In this document: positions 11,900-24,553 of the stretch, piece by piece
Layout: each line of letters opens with the position of its first letter
Position numbering within the stretch: the first letter of the stretch is position 1
Assembly: GCA_011109175.1 (NCBI GenBank)
Contig: RDEW01000014.1
Span: 1-64,000 of the forward strand
Source of the DNA: Dicyema japonicum
Taxonomy: Eukaryota > Animalia > Dicyemida
Direction: 5' to 3'
DNA: 64,000 nucleotides
Notes under the pieces: model-generated
What the model saw: the letters and a program-made list of their open reading frames with translations, nothing else
Databases searched by the model: none
What the model was told of the DNA's origin: nothing
Made by a program: the position numbers and the translations under genes

Positions 11900-13135
11900 T
11901 CTGAAGGACAATAGATGGCACTATAAGGCATGAGACTACTCCGTGGGCGCAAACGCAGATAACCTCTAATATAAAACGATGAAAATGGCAGACGGATAGC
12001 AGACCCTGCAGAAGCTGCAGAATTAATTGCCGATCACTTAAAGAAATTTTTTAAGTCAAACAGCAACAGAATTGTAGTATTTACTGTTCATTTTAGGAAA
12101 TTGGAGGTGGAAATAATTCCCGCAGAAGTGCGACAAGCCTGTCTTAAGCTTAAAAACAACAAAGTCCGGGACCAGACGGGCTAGAACCAGAGTCACTAAA
12201 GTATGGAAGTGAAAACTTACATACCCTCATTGCGGACCTTTTCAATGGAATGTTTAAAAAAACAACCACTTACCTTTTGACAAGGAATACTGGTCCCTGT
12301 CCAAAAAACAGAACAAAGCTAATGGAAAAAGTGGTGAACCTCAGGCAGTAATTCTTATTGAACAGCATACGGAAAGTGCTTGCAATTATTACTCTACAAA
12401 GATAAAGTCTCGTACGGAACAATTTTTATACCTGGAAGCTGCATCGAGGAAGCTAAAACCATACTATGAAGCAAAAATCGATGTGGTGGCTTATGCAAAT
12501 GACGTGGATCATTTTTCTCGACATGAATGCTCTGAATAGACTAGTGGAGATGATGCCAAATAACTTGCGAGTGGTTCCTCAATGTAAATGTGGAGAAAAC
12601 AGAATTGACTCAACTAGTCATACAAAAATCCAAGCTGGATGAACATTTGAGAAAAAGTAAAGAAACTCGGATCGTTATTGGGAGATCAACAAACGTAATT
12701 ATGCGGAAAACACATGCAAACAGCGCAATACACCGCTCAAAGGAAAACTGGCTAAAGCGTAAGGATTGAGTACAAATACACGGATACGTTTATACAATTC
12801 ACTGATGAAGCCTATTCTCCTTTACAATGCCGGAACATGGGACTTTCTGATACGGACAATCACAGTTTAGACTCGTTCCATAAGATCAGCTTCGACCATA
12901 CTCTAGACTCGACATGGCATTCAAAGGCTCAGAAGCAAACTATGATCAAAAGACAAAACTCTCTTTTAATGACCCTACCATACATTCCCAGGATACAAAC
13001 TATCAGGAAAAACTGTTAAGAAAAAGAGGTAAAGGTCTGCTCACTCTATTCAAAAAGAACTTTCGGAAATGAGGAAACTTGTTGGGGATGATGATGTAAA
13101 CAGAAATAATTGGAATCTCGCTATGGACAACGGAA
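11900..13135 (+). mobile_element. Degenerate LINE RT and C-terminus (RTE-like)
   Basis: GPDGLEPESLKYG, AYANDVD, RIRLYNSLMKPILLYNAGTW. Confidence 0.7.
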
Positions 13136-14049
13136 GGAAGACTATGCCTTGTGAATATTCTACGTTCCGCCTCCTGGTTCCTGTCCGAAGAGCTTATGTT
13201 ATGCCCAAACCGATCAAGACTGTTTCCTTTGATGAAATCATCATCGGCGGGGATTGAATGCGAAGCATTTATTATGGCTGTCAACTCACTAGCTGACATG
13301 AAAGGGAAACTATTACTGCATCCAAAGAAGTCAAGAGAATTAAATGTCGTGATACGGACACCTGACGATGTTTCACATGTTTCTGTGAAAATAATGGTAT
13401 GTTCAGAGTGTAAATTCAAATGCAAGACTTTGAATTTTTAATTATTAATTTCAAGGTCTATTTTCCACATGACTCAGCAATCGAGTAACATTAGAAAAGA
13501 CCTGATCAGGCATCTACCAAGAATACATTCTTCGCTTAACAAATTTGCCTCATAACGGCTTTTGACCAAAACTCTTAACTCTACCTGCATAGAAGAATGA
13601 CAATTTTTTGCTCTTAGGTGCCCTAAGAGCATCTGTCAGATAAATATGAGAATTGGTAATACTGAGTCACCTTCTGGAGTGGGAATGTGAGATTTAAATT
13701 TGCGAGATCTCTCTAACCCAACCCAGACTCCAATTCTGTGTTTGAATGTAGAACCCATATCATTTTTACCTTTCCTCGTCTACAACGTTTTCACTCTCTC
13801 TTTAGAATTCACTTAAAAATTGATCTTTGAGGTTATTCGACCTGTAATTAAACATTATTCAAAAGTTATTGAACTTTTTACACAATTAAATAAACTGTGT
13901 CAATCATTTTACCTTATGGCTAGGTATTAGAAATTTTTGACAAATTTATTAAACTTTATGGTAAAGCTATTAAACAAATCGGAAAACCTGTAAATTATTA
14001 TTATTAAAAAGCACTTTCACAGAACCAAAGAACGTTATATAAACTAAAG

Positions 14050-15095
14050 TCCCGTTTGTGGCACACATTCCACATTCTGCTTCTCTAGGCGTCTCCATCG
14101 CCCTCTGCTTTGCGCATCTGTCCTAAGATCTTCAAGGTCTTCTGCAGATTTTAAGATTTTATTTAATCCCATTAAGATCCTTTTTCAGAGCCACGGGTAG
14201 AGTGACTCTGGGTCTTCCTCTGAATAATGGTTTGTTCTCTGTTAAAGTATTTGTCCATTATTATATTAGCAGGGGCGTTTATGTACAATCTGAGCACGTG
14301 CCCTAAAGTCTCCACCTTGATTCAATAATGTCGATGCTTATTGGCCTCGATTGTGTCACAGAGTATCACTATAAATGATGGTGACTCTGTAGCTGCGGGA
14401 GTCGGTTAGTAAAGCACGAAGAGATCTTTTACACAAAACATAATCAATCTGGTTGTATATCCGGACATAGTCACCATTTCCATCCTTTTGAGTCTAATCC
14501 ACGTAGTCTTATGCATTGTGGTCGAAGGCAGAATTACAATTGAAGTAGTCAAACATGTTGCAAAATTGCACGAGCGATTCACCTGACATATTCCTCCTCC
14601 CCCTGGCATGTCTACCCATGCAGAGTTCTCTCCACGGACAGTGTCCCACTTTAATTCGTAATCATAACACAGAAAGGTTTTAAACGAGCCTTTGATCAGA
14701 AATGGTATCCGGTAGTTACATATAAAACAGATCAAGTTCATCGGGAATTGTAGAAACCCTCGCCATTGTGGGTGCGTAGACATTAATTATGGATATAAAG
14801 GAATTATCAGTCTCCCACTCTTAATCTGGAGTAATACTATTCTGTCATTAACCCTCCACACTCTGTGGATTCTCCCATCAAGACATTTATGTATAGCAAA
14901 GTCAAGTCCGTAATGGTTGCATTCGGAGTATAGTAGTATAAGTCTAAACTCTCCGTAGTTTTCCTCAACTGCATCCTTCACTTTAGTCTCCTGTATACTG
15001 CATATAGAGATTTTGTATGATGTTGAGTCCTTATTAAATCCTTCCTTTTACGTTTTTCTTTCAATCCACGGACGTTGAATGACGCCAGTGTGGAA
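14050..15095 (-). mobile_element. Internally deleted LINE: APE endonuclease joined to the 3' end, RT missing
   Basis: LASFNVRGL, QETKVK, HKTTW, YNQIDY, followed directly by GHVLRL and FRGRPRVTLPVALKKDL...RWRRL. Confidence 0.72.
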
Positions 15096-15289
15096 GAGAT
15101 CATTAGTCATGTGTGAAATAGACATAAATTAATCAGAACCACGTCACCAGTTTAACCAAACAAGCCTGTAAATTAGGTGAATTTAATTAAATTATTTTTA
15201 ATTTTATTTATTTAATTTAACAGTTAATAAAAATATTTTGTTGCTGTTTGTTGCTGTGGTGTTAATTTATTATATTACGAAAGATAATC

Positions 15290-15450
15290 CGCATCAACCC
15301 CCGTTTCCGTGGTCGCCCAAGGACGACACTGGCAGTCGTTCTCGACGAGGATCTCAAAGAAATGGGACGGCATCTTGGAAGTGGAGAGGATCTGGACTGG
15401 TTGCGCGCTGCGGCTTTGAATAGGAGGAAGTGGATGAAACTAACCTGTGA
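15290..15450 (+). mobile_element. LINE 3' end fragment of the same family
   Basis: FRGRPRTTLAVVLDEDLKEMG...RRKWMKLT, homologous to 14050-14230. Confidence 0.6.
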
Positions 15451-15519
15451 TTTGCTAACTCGTGTTGCACATGCTTTTTCAAGTCCTATGACATAGCGAT
15501 AAGTGCTTATAATAATAAT

Positions 15520-16250
15520 CCGCCTCAAGATATCAATCAAATTACTGAAATTCTATATGCTGAAAAGTGTGCTTATATGGCTTTAACTGCGAAACTTAAG
15601 CTGCAGAGTACTTGGTTGGAGAACACTGAGAAGAAAATCTTAAAGCTGACGGCAGAATTAGAACTTGTCAATCGTTTTAACGGACAGGGTCTTTTTGTAT
15701 TTGAGAAACAAAAGGTTATGGATGTTCTTTGTGCCTTTGGATACAAAAGAGCCAAAAGGGAATGTTGCCAGGATTGAGGCTCCACTATGTGAGCTTGTCA
15801 GAATTAAGAAGAAGCAAATAGCTGTAATTATTCGAGGAAGGACTTTAGTAAGGACAACTGTTGTTTTGAAGTAAATCGAAGATTTTATCGGAAACTATCA
15901 GCAAGCAATAAACTATCGTTGTATGGTTTCGATGATGAGGATTGTATGTCGTTCTGGGAAGTGTGGTCTAAAAGAAAAGAGATGCCCGTGTCACGTGACA
16001 GTGTTGGTAAAGTAAATACGGGTATTGAAGGCATGTTGCCAGAGTTCACAAATGAGTTTATCCTAGATGTTATTAATTGGCTACCCATTGGAAGGCATGT
16101 GGATGCGATGGGTCATACAATTTCTTTATTAAGAAAATGGAATCTTTACATGGCTTTTTATGTACTGAGATTAATCGAATTATTAATGGGAAATATATGC
16201 CTGAAAGTTGGTTTTAGACTGGAATCACTTATTAAATTCCTAAAAAGGTG
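15520..16250 (+). mobile_element. Highly degenerate LINE RT C-terminal region
   Basis: Weak RT-like pattern (ILYAE, KVNTG...VINW). Confidence 0.3.
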
Positions 16251-16509
16251 AAAATTGCCGTTTGCTAACTTGAGAAGTAAAGCGATGAGTATGTGCAATG
16301 AGTATCAGCCATTGGGGTTAGTCATGAAGAAAACTTAATTTCTACATAGAAAAAAACGTTCGCGCAGCTGCAATAGTAGTGTCTAATGACGAATCACTGT
16401 TGAAGCCGTGCCGAGAAGTATCGGAGTTACTGAGAAGGAAGGACCCTGCTCCACCACCTGAACAGCAAAACTTAACAATGCCAGAAGACCGTCCGGCTTT
16501 TACTCCCAC

Positions 16510-17430
16510 GGAATTTGAAGTATGTATATCAGGATATTTCTTCAACCATTCCAGCTCTAAACCAATTGGGTTTAAGTGTCAATGTTATGAAATCGGAACT
16601 GATCAATATTTCCTGCTCATCTCTAGACATTTCTACTGCCTGCCAAAAATTCAGATCTTTACTTCCATGTTTTAGCACATCCTCCTTGGACAAGGCACAC
16701 TTTCTCGGCTACCCTCTTGGAAACGACGAGCTGGAAAACTGCCTTACCAGTAAGGATAATGAAGTTGAAGCCTTTACAAAAAGAGTATCATCTTTATCCA
16801 CATTGTCGTTCTTATTGCTCAAGAAATGTATTTCCATGTTGAAGTTGATGTAAATTTTGAGATGTTCAACATGTTTTGAACACCGGAAGCACTAGCGTCG
16901 GCTGATGGGACTCTGAGACGATCGGCGGAGTCAATACTGAATGTCAAATTCGATGATCTTGGCTGTACAATGTGCAACTACCTGCGAGAATTGGGGGCAT
17001 TGGGTTAAGATCCCCTGTATTCTTATTTTTCATCTCTAGCGAGCTGCATTCCATGTAACGCAATTTGACACACCTTGGACTCGGAGCTTGATCGAGTTAG
17101 CAAGTCGTGGGGAGAGTTGGGCTTTGAATTTCAGTCGAACTTTGCTTACCAGAAGAGTTGCTTGCCAATCAACACCGACTAGCAAGCATTAACTTGTCCA
17201 CATATCGAGGAAATGGAGTCTGGCTCGACGACTTTCCGTGCCCATTTCTGGGGACCTTCCTTGACGAAAACAGCCTGAGGATCGGGGTGGCACTGCACCT
17301 AGGACTGGCATACGCCAGAGACGCAAATGCCGTTGCGGCGGGGACGTTGATACGAAAGGCTTACATCCACTCTCTTGCCGACGAAGTGTTGGTCGAGCCC
17401 CGCGTCATGCAGCCTTCAATGACATCGTCA
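16510..17430 (+). mobile_element. CRE-clade RLE non-LTR retrotransposon fragment
   Basis: LGLSVNVMKSE, FLGYPLG, ILRCSTCF, GVWL..FPC..LGTFLDENSLRIGVALHLG, RHAAFNDIV. Confidence 0.8.
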
Positions 17431-18639
17431 GATTATTCGTATTTGAAGACAATATCTAAATCGGTAGTGGAGAATGTAAGAGTCTCTGATATGGATGATT
17501 TGGACCTGATCAACGGATTTTTTCAAATATCAGGCAGAAAATGGCATTGCTCTTTTACACGCCTCATCAAACTAATATGTCGTCCAATAGCAGTAGTGAA
17601 TTTATTCAGCATCAAAGATTTCACTTACAGTTGTATGTAACTGTCTGAGTTAAGAGATAGCTCTGGGCGCTAGTTTCCTTCATGAATGTAAGGCCATCGT
17701 TCAAAGTGCATTCTTGTATCTCCCTGCACTTTCAGGGACCGAACACTACTCATTGGGGACTGATCGGATATGTTCTCTGACTTTCTTTCGATACATCTTT
17801 TATTGCAAGGAAGAACAGGAGATAGATATAAAATCAATGAAAGTATTTTCTTTGCGAATAGTAAGGGAAAATGGGTGTTCAACAACTGGAGCTGCCAGTC
17901 AATTCACTTGAATTAGTCGTTTGTTTTTTTATTAATTTAAAATTCTTATTAATTCACATGTTGATAATTTTCCGGATTTCTGACTTTATGATTCTAAATA
18001 ACGAAATCCATCCACTAAACAATTACTCGCCGAAAACAGAGACGTCAAGTTTTAATTTGCAAATTTTATGGTACTTATACAAAATATTTTTTTAGATAAA
18101 GTTATTAGAAGGTTAGTCATTTTTTAATCATTAACATTGGGCCGACGGTAAATATATTTTCCAGATAAAATTACGTTCTAAAACTCATAATGATGTCGGA
18201 TAAAAATTTTTGTTAGAAGAGGAATCGAAGACACGATCTTTATTTTGATAATGCCTGTGTTCATCATTATACGACATTAAATAATTGAATAAAATAGCTC
18301 AAAAGATTTGTATTTTAGTTTATTCTAGAAGTATTTGAGTTTATTTAGTATACATGAAAAACAGTCTACTATGAAGTTTGAGCGTTTACATTAAATAAAA
18401 TAACTTAATAGATTTTAAATGATTTCCACTTATATAGTATGTTGAAGACTTGTACTTGAAAAAGAACATTTCCACGAATAATCAATAGAGTACCCATCAC
18501 GTGTAATTATTTATATTTTACTATGTAATGACCTTTGACGGCATCGCTACTAAGTACCACAGGGTGCAAGTTGATCTCTGTCGTTATTATGAGAGCAACA
18601 CAACGTCAGGTTATGTCGGCTGGATTTTTGTGTTAATTA

Positions 18640-18950
18640 ATTGATTAATTTCGTTTAACGGTAATAAGTAGAATAATAACAAAAACTTGTATAGAATTAT
18701 AGATATTTTCGCGAGTTGTTCTTTTTTTCATAAGTATAATATCAAATAATTTTTCCTTGACAGTTAAATCGTGGAAAATTAAACGAGAAAATACACATAG
18801 TTGCGCGATAAAACCCTCTGCGATCGACCAGTTGGCCATAATACAATACGGCTTCGTTTTATCAAAGGTATTAAGATCAAGACAAATGATAAAAAATTGA
18901 TTTGGATAAAAATTGAGGACTATCTTAGCTGAAACAACTGGAGACATAAG
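18640..18950 (-). mobile_element. hAT (Charlie/SPIN-type) transposase fragment
   Basis: IAQLCVFSRLIFHDLTVKEKLFDIILMKKRTTRENIY. Confidence 0.7.
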
Positions 18951-19194
18951 TGGGATATCACATCCTTTACTAAAGAAAGTGGTTGTCTGACTAAACTTAA
19001 AAGCCAGACCCTTTTCCAGTTAATCTACATTGCAATCGTGATAGGAAAAGTATCGTGGATTATGTTGGTGGGGACCATTTTGTTATAAATAAATTAAATT
19101 TAGATTCATTTAGTAATTACAAACATCAGGAAAATCGAACTAATTCTCGAGCGATAACTAAAAAAATTAGATGTTAATCTATGCTAAAAAAACT

Positions 19195-19300
19195 AATGTT
19201 TGTCTCAATATGATCGCTTTAAAAGTGCTAACAAATAGAACACGTGACAATATCTCCTACGATGAGATCTTTTACCAATTGTAAAACTATCGATTTTTAA
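19195..19300 (+). mobile_element. hAT C-terminal fragment, homologous to 61530-61620 (-)
   Basis: ctcaatatgatcgcttt.aa...cta..aaatag.acacgtg.ca.tatctcc.a.gatgagatcttt shared. Confidence 0.5.
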
Positions 19301-19899
19301 CACTTTTTCATAAAAATACATTTCCTGTCATAAATAATTAGATTTGACAAAAATTTGGAATTTTTCTTCGAAAATAATTTTTTAACTTTAATTATTACAC
19401 ATCAGATTGTCCAAATATCATATTTATTATTTAAACATACACTGTACATGTCCATAGTTAGTTAATTCAACAGCAACAAAAAATCATACTATACATTTCA
19501 GGTCAATTATTCAATTATGCTTTAAAATTAAATTATGAACAATATAAATAAGAATTAATTTATTCTATATTTGTAATTACACTATGTATCGTGTAAATTA
19601 ATTAAAAAGTAATTTTTCATGTAAATTTTGAGTAAAACGCTCGGATTAAAAAAAGACATTTTGTTTATCTTGTGTAAAGTAATTCTCCCAAATTTACTCT
19701 ACTGATGTAAAGGATGGTTTTTCTACAAAAAGAAGAACAAAATAATATCAAGGGGAGTCATCAAGTTGGCCTTAGAAAGAACGCTAATTAATGAATTATC
19801 TTAGTAGGAAGATGAAAACTCCTAACATTAAATAATTGCGTGATGGAAAAGAAGATATAGGTTTTCCCTCGCCTAACAACTTATCACGATTTGCTCTGC

Positions 19900-21060
19900 A
19901 GTGGCTAGAGAGTAAAAATTGTATTCAAATAATGTCACGGAGAAACTCTCCTTAGTCGATAGTCATACAGTGTTTTTCCATTTGAAGAATAGCATCGGCT
20001 TGCTCAAATCCTATACGCTCTCCGATGTTCTCCCTGCTTCAAACATCGTGACATCCTCCTGTCACTGGATAGGACATTGAGAAAATCAGCTGAATTGCTT
20101 CTAAACATCCATTTTGATGTGCTGAGTTGGAACCAATGCAAGCTTCCTACACGCCTAGGAGGAACGGGTCTCAGGTCGGCGCTGGAGATCGCCTATCCAG
20201 CATAAGTGTCATCGCTTTCAAGTGGAAGCCTTTTAGTTCAAGAAATCATACGTTTTACAACCGGACTTTCTTGGACAAGAGTCTTCGACGAAGCTCGTCG
20301 CGAATGGTGTGAAACTAGTTTGGATATGACGAACGATCTTTCGAAGCTAAGTGACTGGGATGATGTCTACTCCTAGAATATCTTCGACGTGCTAAAGTCT
20401 GAAGCCAACCTGCATCGTCTTTCATGCCTCGTGTCCGCTGCCAACCATGGGAACGGAACGTGGCTGGATGCACTCCATGTTCCTCCCTGGGGAGTCTTTT
20501 GGACGATGACTGTATTCGGATTGGGATTGCACAACGCCTGGGAGTTGATGTTTGCGTCAAACACCAATGTCGATGTGGAGGGATCGTCGATGCCAAAGGG
20601 CTGCACCCGCTCTCGCGCAAAAAGAGTGCGGGCAGAGCACTTCGCCATGCTGCTATGAACAACATTGACAAGCGAGCTCTTGAAGCAGCAGGCTTCCCGG
20701 CAGTACTGGAGCCTGTGGGATTGGACCGCGGAGATGAAAAAAGAGCGGATGGGTTAGCTATCTTTCCGTTCACTGAGGGAAAATCGCTCGTATGAGACTG
20801 CACTATTGTGGATTTTTTCTCGATCTTGATGATCTCAGATCGGCGCAGTCTGCTGGATCGGCAGCCGATCTGGCCAAGTAAATCAAGATTAAAAAATATG
20901 GCGAAATTAGAGACCGCTACCGTTTTGTACCAGTAGCAAACGAGACGTCTGGTGCGGCCGGAAGTATTACAACCTCTTTCCTAAAGGAAATCGGGGGGAA
21001 ATTGGCCCACCGCAAGAAAGCCGTGCGGGAAGCGGTCTGGCTGAGGCAACGAATTGGTAT
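19900..21060 (+). mobile_element. CRE-clade RLE non-LTR retrotransposon, 3' half
   Basis: CKLPTRLGGTGLR; zinc knuckle HQCRCGGIVDAKGLHPLS; RHAAMN; LEPVGLDRGDEKRADG; VPVANETSG; WLRQRIG. Confidence 0.87.
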
Positions 21061-22056
21061 CCTCTTCCCCATAGTTAATAAATAATATTTAATTGTTAAT
21101 AAATTTTTATTAATTTAAAAAAATAGACCCTCGAAAAATTAAATTTGAAATAATCTTTTGTAAAATTAAAGACAAAAAACTTTTAATAAATGTTTCGGGG
21201 TTGTTTTGACCGTCTACTCATTATGTTAAAAGTAATTTCCATAATAGTATTGAATCCTGATATCCATCATTTTCTCTTATCCATATCTCTCCGCGTTAGA
21301 GTTACGAGGGCTAAAACCACGCTGATCGGTTACATAAAAACGAGTAATTAAATTTTCGATTAATTCCATGATTTTTAAAACGAAGAGGATACCCACCCCA
21401 TGATCGAGTACGTTAAGAAAAATTTTTATGCTGAGTTCAAAAATCGATAACAAATTCCACATAGTAAATTTCAAATATATTTTATATATATGTAGATACG
21501 AATTGATTGTCTTGATTTGTATTATCTGTTAAATTTATGTAGAAATAGATATAGAAGAAAGTCAATTGAAACGAATTGTTGAAATCAATCAAAAATAGCA
21601 TTTGTGACGATTTAGGAAAGTTGACAATTGAAAGAGCCAAAAAAATGGGACAATACAACAATTATATTTTTATTTTTTAAATAGAAAATCACTTAGTCAA
21701 AAAAAATTAAATGTTCTATTAATTAATCCGCGGAAATTGTTGAATCAAAAATATGAAATTTCATAAATTTTTCATTGGATATTAAAAGTGTCAATCAAAA
21801 GAAAATCGATTGTAATTAATTAACACTATGCTAGCAGAATTATTCTCATTTTTGGGCATTGGCCCTTTGTATCACCCTCACTATTCCCTCGTATACACAC
21901 TTATATCTATAAATTTAAATAATTAATTAATTTCGGTTCAATAAATTTAAATTTAAAAATTAATTAATTTAAGGTGACAAATGTGTCTAATCTGTCTAGT
22001 ACGATTAACCAGGAAAAATTAAAGAAATTAAAGGAAATCAGTAATAATCTTGGTAT

Positions 22057-22460
22057 ATGAGGAGATATTATCAAATTGAGAGATTCCATTTAAGAAACTC
22101 TTTAAATATTTACATTCGACAAGGAAAAGGCCTATTTTTCACGGCAACAAAAAAATACGATTTTTTGCTAAAAGTTCAGCAGCTAAAAACATTAGAGGTA
22201 TACCTTAAAGTTACAATTTAATAGTCAGACCAAAAATATAATAACTTCGATACCGCCTATTTAAAAAAACGCAGATTAGTAAGTGATTGTTAGGAATATG
22301 AACAGTTATCTCAAATTATGTATGTTTAAGGTATTTTTGCTTTGTAATTACACAGGCAAAGAAATGAACACGAAACCGTCTATAACACAGATCTTAGCTA
22401 GAAGGCCAGGGATCGCAATATTGCTGACCCAATAGACCTAAGGAAATACCAGAAATGAAT
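22057..22460 (+). pseudogene. Unidentified multi-exon host gene (two 27-nt introns, probable premature TAG)
   Basis: 47-codon exon 22057-22197, intron 22198-22224, 18-codon exon, intron 22279-22305 (GTAAGT). Both introns are phase 0, contain in-frame stops and restore the frame. Confidence 0.45.
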
Positions 22461-23305
22461 GATGGATATTATTTAGTTTGATTTCTGATATTAAAGTTTA
22501 GATTTTGGTTGTTGTGGTCTCTTTCTCAGAATATGTTATGGATGAGCAGGCTAAAAATAAACGTGCAGAAATTGTAGCGCTCTTCCAAAATATGTTTATC
22601 TCCTTAATGTGAATTTAGTAATTCTTTAATTGACGATTTATGAGGAAAATATTTAACAACACATGTCGAGGTAGGCCAATTGCCCCTTGGACTCAAAGAC
22701 AAGTCGAATGGTAAATTATAAGTTATAATTTTGTAGATTCAATCAGTATAAAACGTTTGATGTCTTCGGCATCCTCGTCTAAAGGCTCGAGGTGTTGAAA
22801 CTATTAAATAATATGGAAGAAACTTTATATGAACAAGAGATTGTGGGTTGAATGAAATAGTCATTGATTTCTTGCAATAGAGTTCCAAGTTTGCAGTAAT
22901 GTTCCAAATCACTTATGGGTGATTTAAGCCGGAATGATATTAACATTTTTAATACATCATAGTTGAAAGGTTCTTTTTCCAAACATTCGAACAATCGGGG
23001 ATTCCAACATGTTCAAGTATGGAGAAGTATCCAGCTGACTATAAGGCTCGCATAATAATCCCGTTCATAGCCTATATTTTCTTGGGATCAGAAATTTCTC
23101 CATTGACAAAATTCTTTTAATACTAATACAAATAATAAACCTGCAAATTTGATATGCTTCCTAGACTATCGATGTGATTCAAATAATATTGTTTTTTTAG
23201 AATTAAAAATGAGATTTCTTTGTGAATTGATAGAAAATTCATCATGATATTTTCTAACAACAGACTTATTTTTTCAGGGTTATTCTTGATTGAACGCAGC
23301 ATCAC
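22440..23305 (-). pseudogene. PARP-family remnant (regulatory plus catalytic region) with short introns
   Basis: PISDLEHYCKLGTLLQEIND; YK|FQHLEPLDEDAEDIKRF; IYHST..VQGAIGLP; YFGRALQF; SITYS. Introns 23140-23114 (27 nt) and 22823-22801 (23 nt); several stops. Confidence 0.5.
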
Positions 23306-23339
23306 ATTAAATTATAATAATTGATTCCACTCAAGTATT

Positions 23340-23559
23340 TTATTTAAAAACACAAAAAAATAAAAAATCAATAAAAATTTTGACTTAATTGATCTAAAAA
23401 AGTAAATTTCTACATTTTTTGACATTACCCATAATTTTGACTGTTTGACTTTTTAACTTGATTTGTATAATATTTTTGATTAAAAACTACATTTTTTATA
23501 AGTTTTAAACAATTTTAAAAAACATATCAATTTTTGACTTTATAGAAAAAATCGCCCTA
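23340..23559. mobile_element. Orphan end of a TAGGGCG-TIR hAT-like element
   Basis: AT-rich subterminal region ending AAATCGCCCTA, like the TIRs at 52663, 62643 and 63946. Confidence 0.45.
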
Positions 23560-23598
23560 GTTCCAACAGATTGATCTAATTAATCTGAAAAAATTTCA

Positions 23599-24000
23599 GT
23601 GTCAACCAAAGATATAAATAGATCCTATTCGTTACTGATGTATACAGTCGGTAATAAAATTATACATAACCACGTTAGTTTTGCTTTTGCAAGGACGTTG
23701 TTAAATAAGTCAACATTTGAAGTATGTCAGAATTTGGAGTACCTTTTCCACTTATATGGATCTTGTCAAATTCTGCAGTCGGACAACGAGACTGAATTTA
23801 AAAATTCCAACATTTAAGCTTTATGTGAGAAATTCAGAATATGTCACAACCATGGAAAACCAAACAATCATAGATCTCAAGTTTGTATACAAAATAATTT
23901 TTAGGGAATAGTGGAACGTTTCAATCAAACGTTGACAAGATCAATATCTAAACTTATTTATGGGAATCAAAGTTTACCGCTAAAATACGACAATGATCTC
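23599..24000 (+). mobile_element. rve integrase core (Ginger/Tdd-like or Gypsy-derived), degenerate
   Basis: YGSCQILQSDNETEFKN...ICHNHGKP...GIVERFNQTL. Confidence 0.75.
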
Positions 24001-24553
24001 TTTTTCAAATGAAACGCAATTCAAACGGTTTCGCGGAATTTTTGGAACAAATTACTTGCAAAAGATAAAATGCGAAGGTACTACATTTAATTTTTATTAT
24101 TATGGAATCACAATTTTGTAGAATCCTTTAATTTTGAGATAACACCAATTGGAGGCGACGAGCAATACTATCGACCAATGAATAGACGAATGGGTGTACA
24201 TTGTAGTAAGTACAATTATGCAATTGGAGATCAAGTTACATTTTTGGTGTATTTAATTAAGGTACGAATGCGAAAGATCATGGAACTAACCCAGCATTGA
24301 TGAATCCAAATATTCTGATGATTGCAAAATAGTCTCTATCTTATCTGATTAACGTGTAGAGGTAATTTTCAAATGTATTTATAGGTTGAATTTTTTGATG
24401 GAAGATCAATCTTAATGTCAAGAATATAAAAATAATTGTTTTTTTATTATATTAAATAAATTCTTTGTTAAATCTAGCAATTGCTAGCTTGTTACCATGG
24501 AAACACGTAAGAACAGATTGCCTTAGGCATCAAGCCACCCATGTGAGATAATA

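Noticed and set aside
13151-13441. Retroviral-type protease or host gene
   Set aside because: No catalytic D(S/T)G motif and no recognisable family.
14175-14195. Histone 3' stem-loop-like sequence (TTTTTCAGAGCC)
   Set aside because: Imperfect stem, inside a LINE 3' region and 20 kb from the histone gene.
22395-23075. TAG reassigned to an amino acid (in-frame TAGs in two genes)
   Set aside because: The same regions also contain TAA/TGA stops and frameshifts, so ordinary decay explains them.
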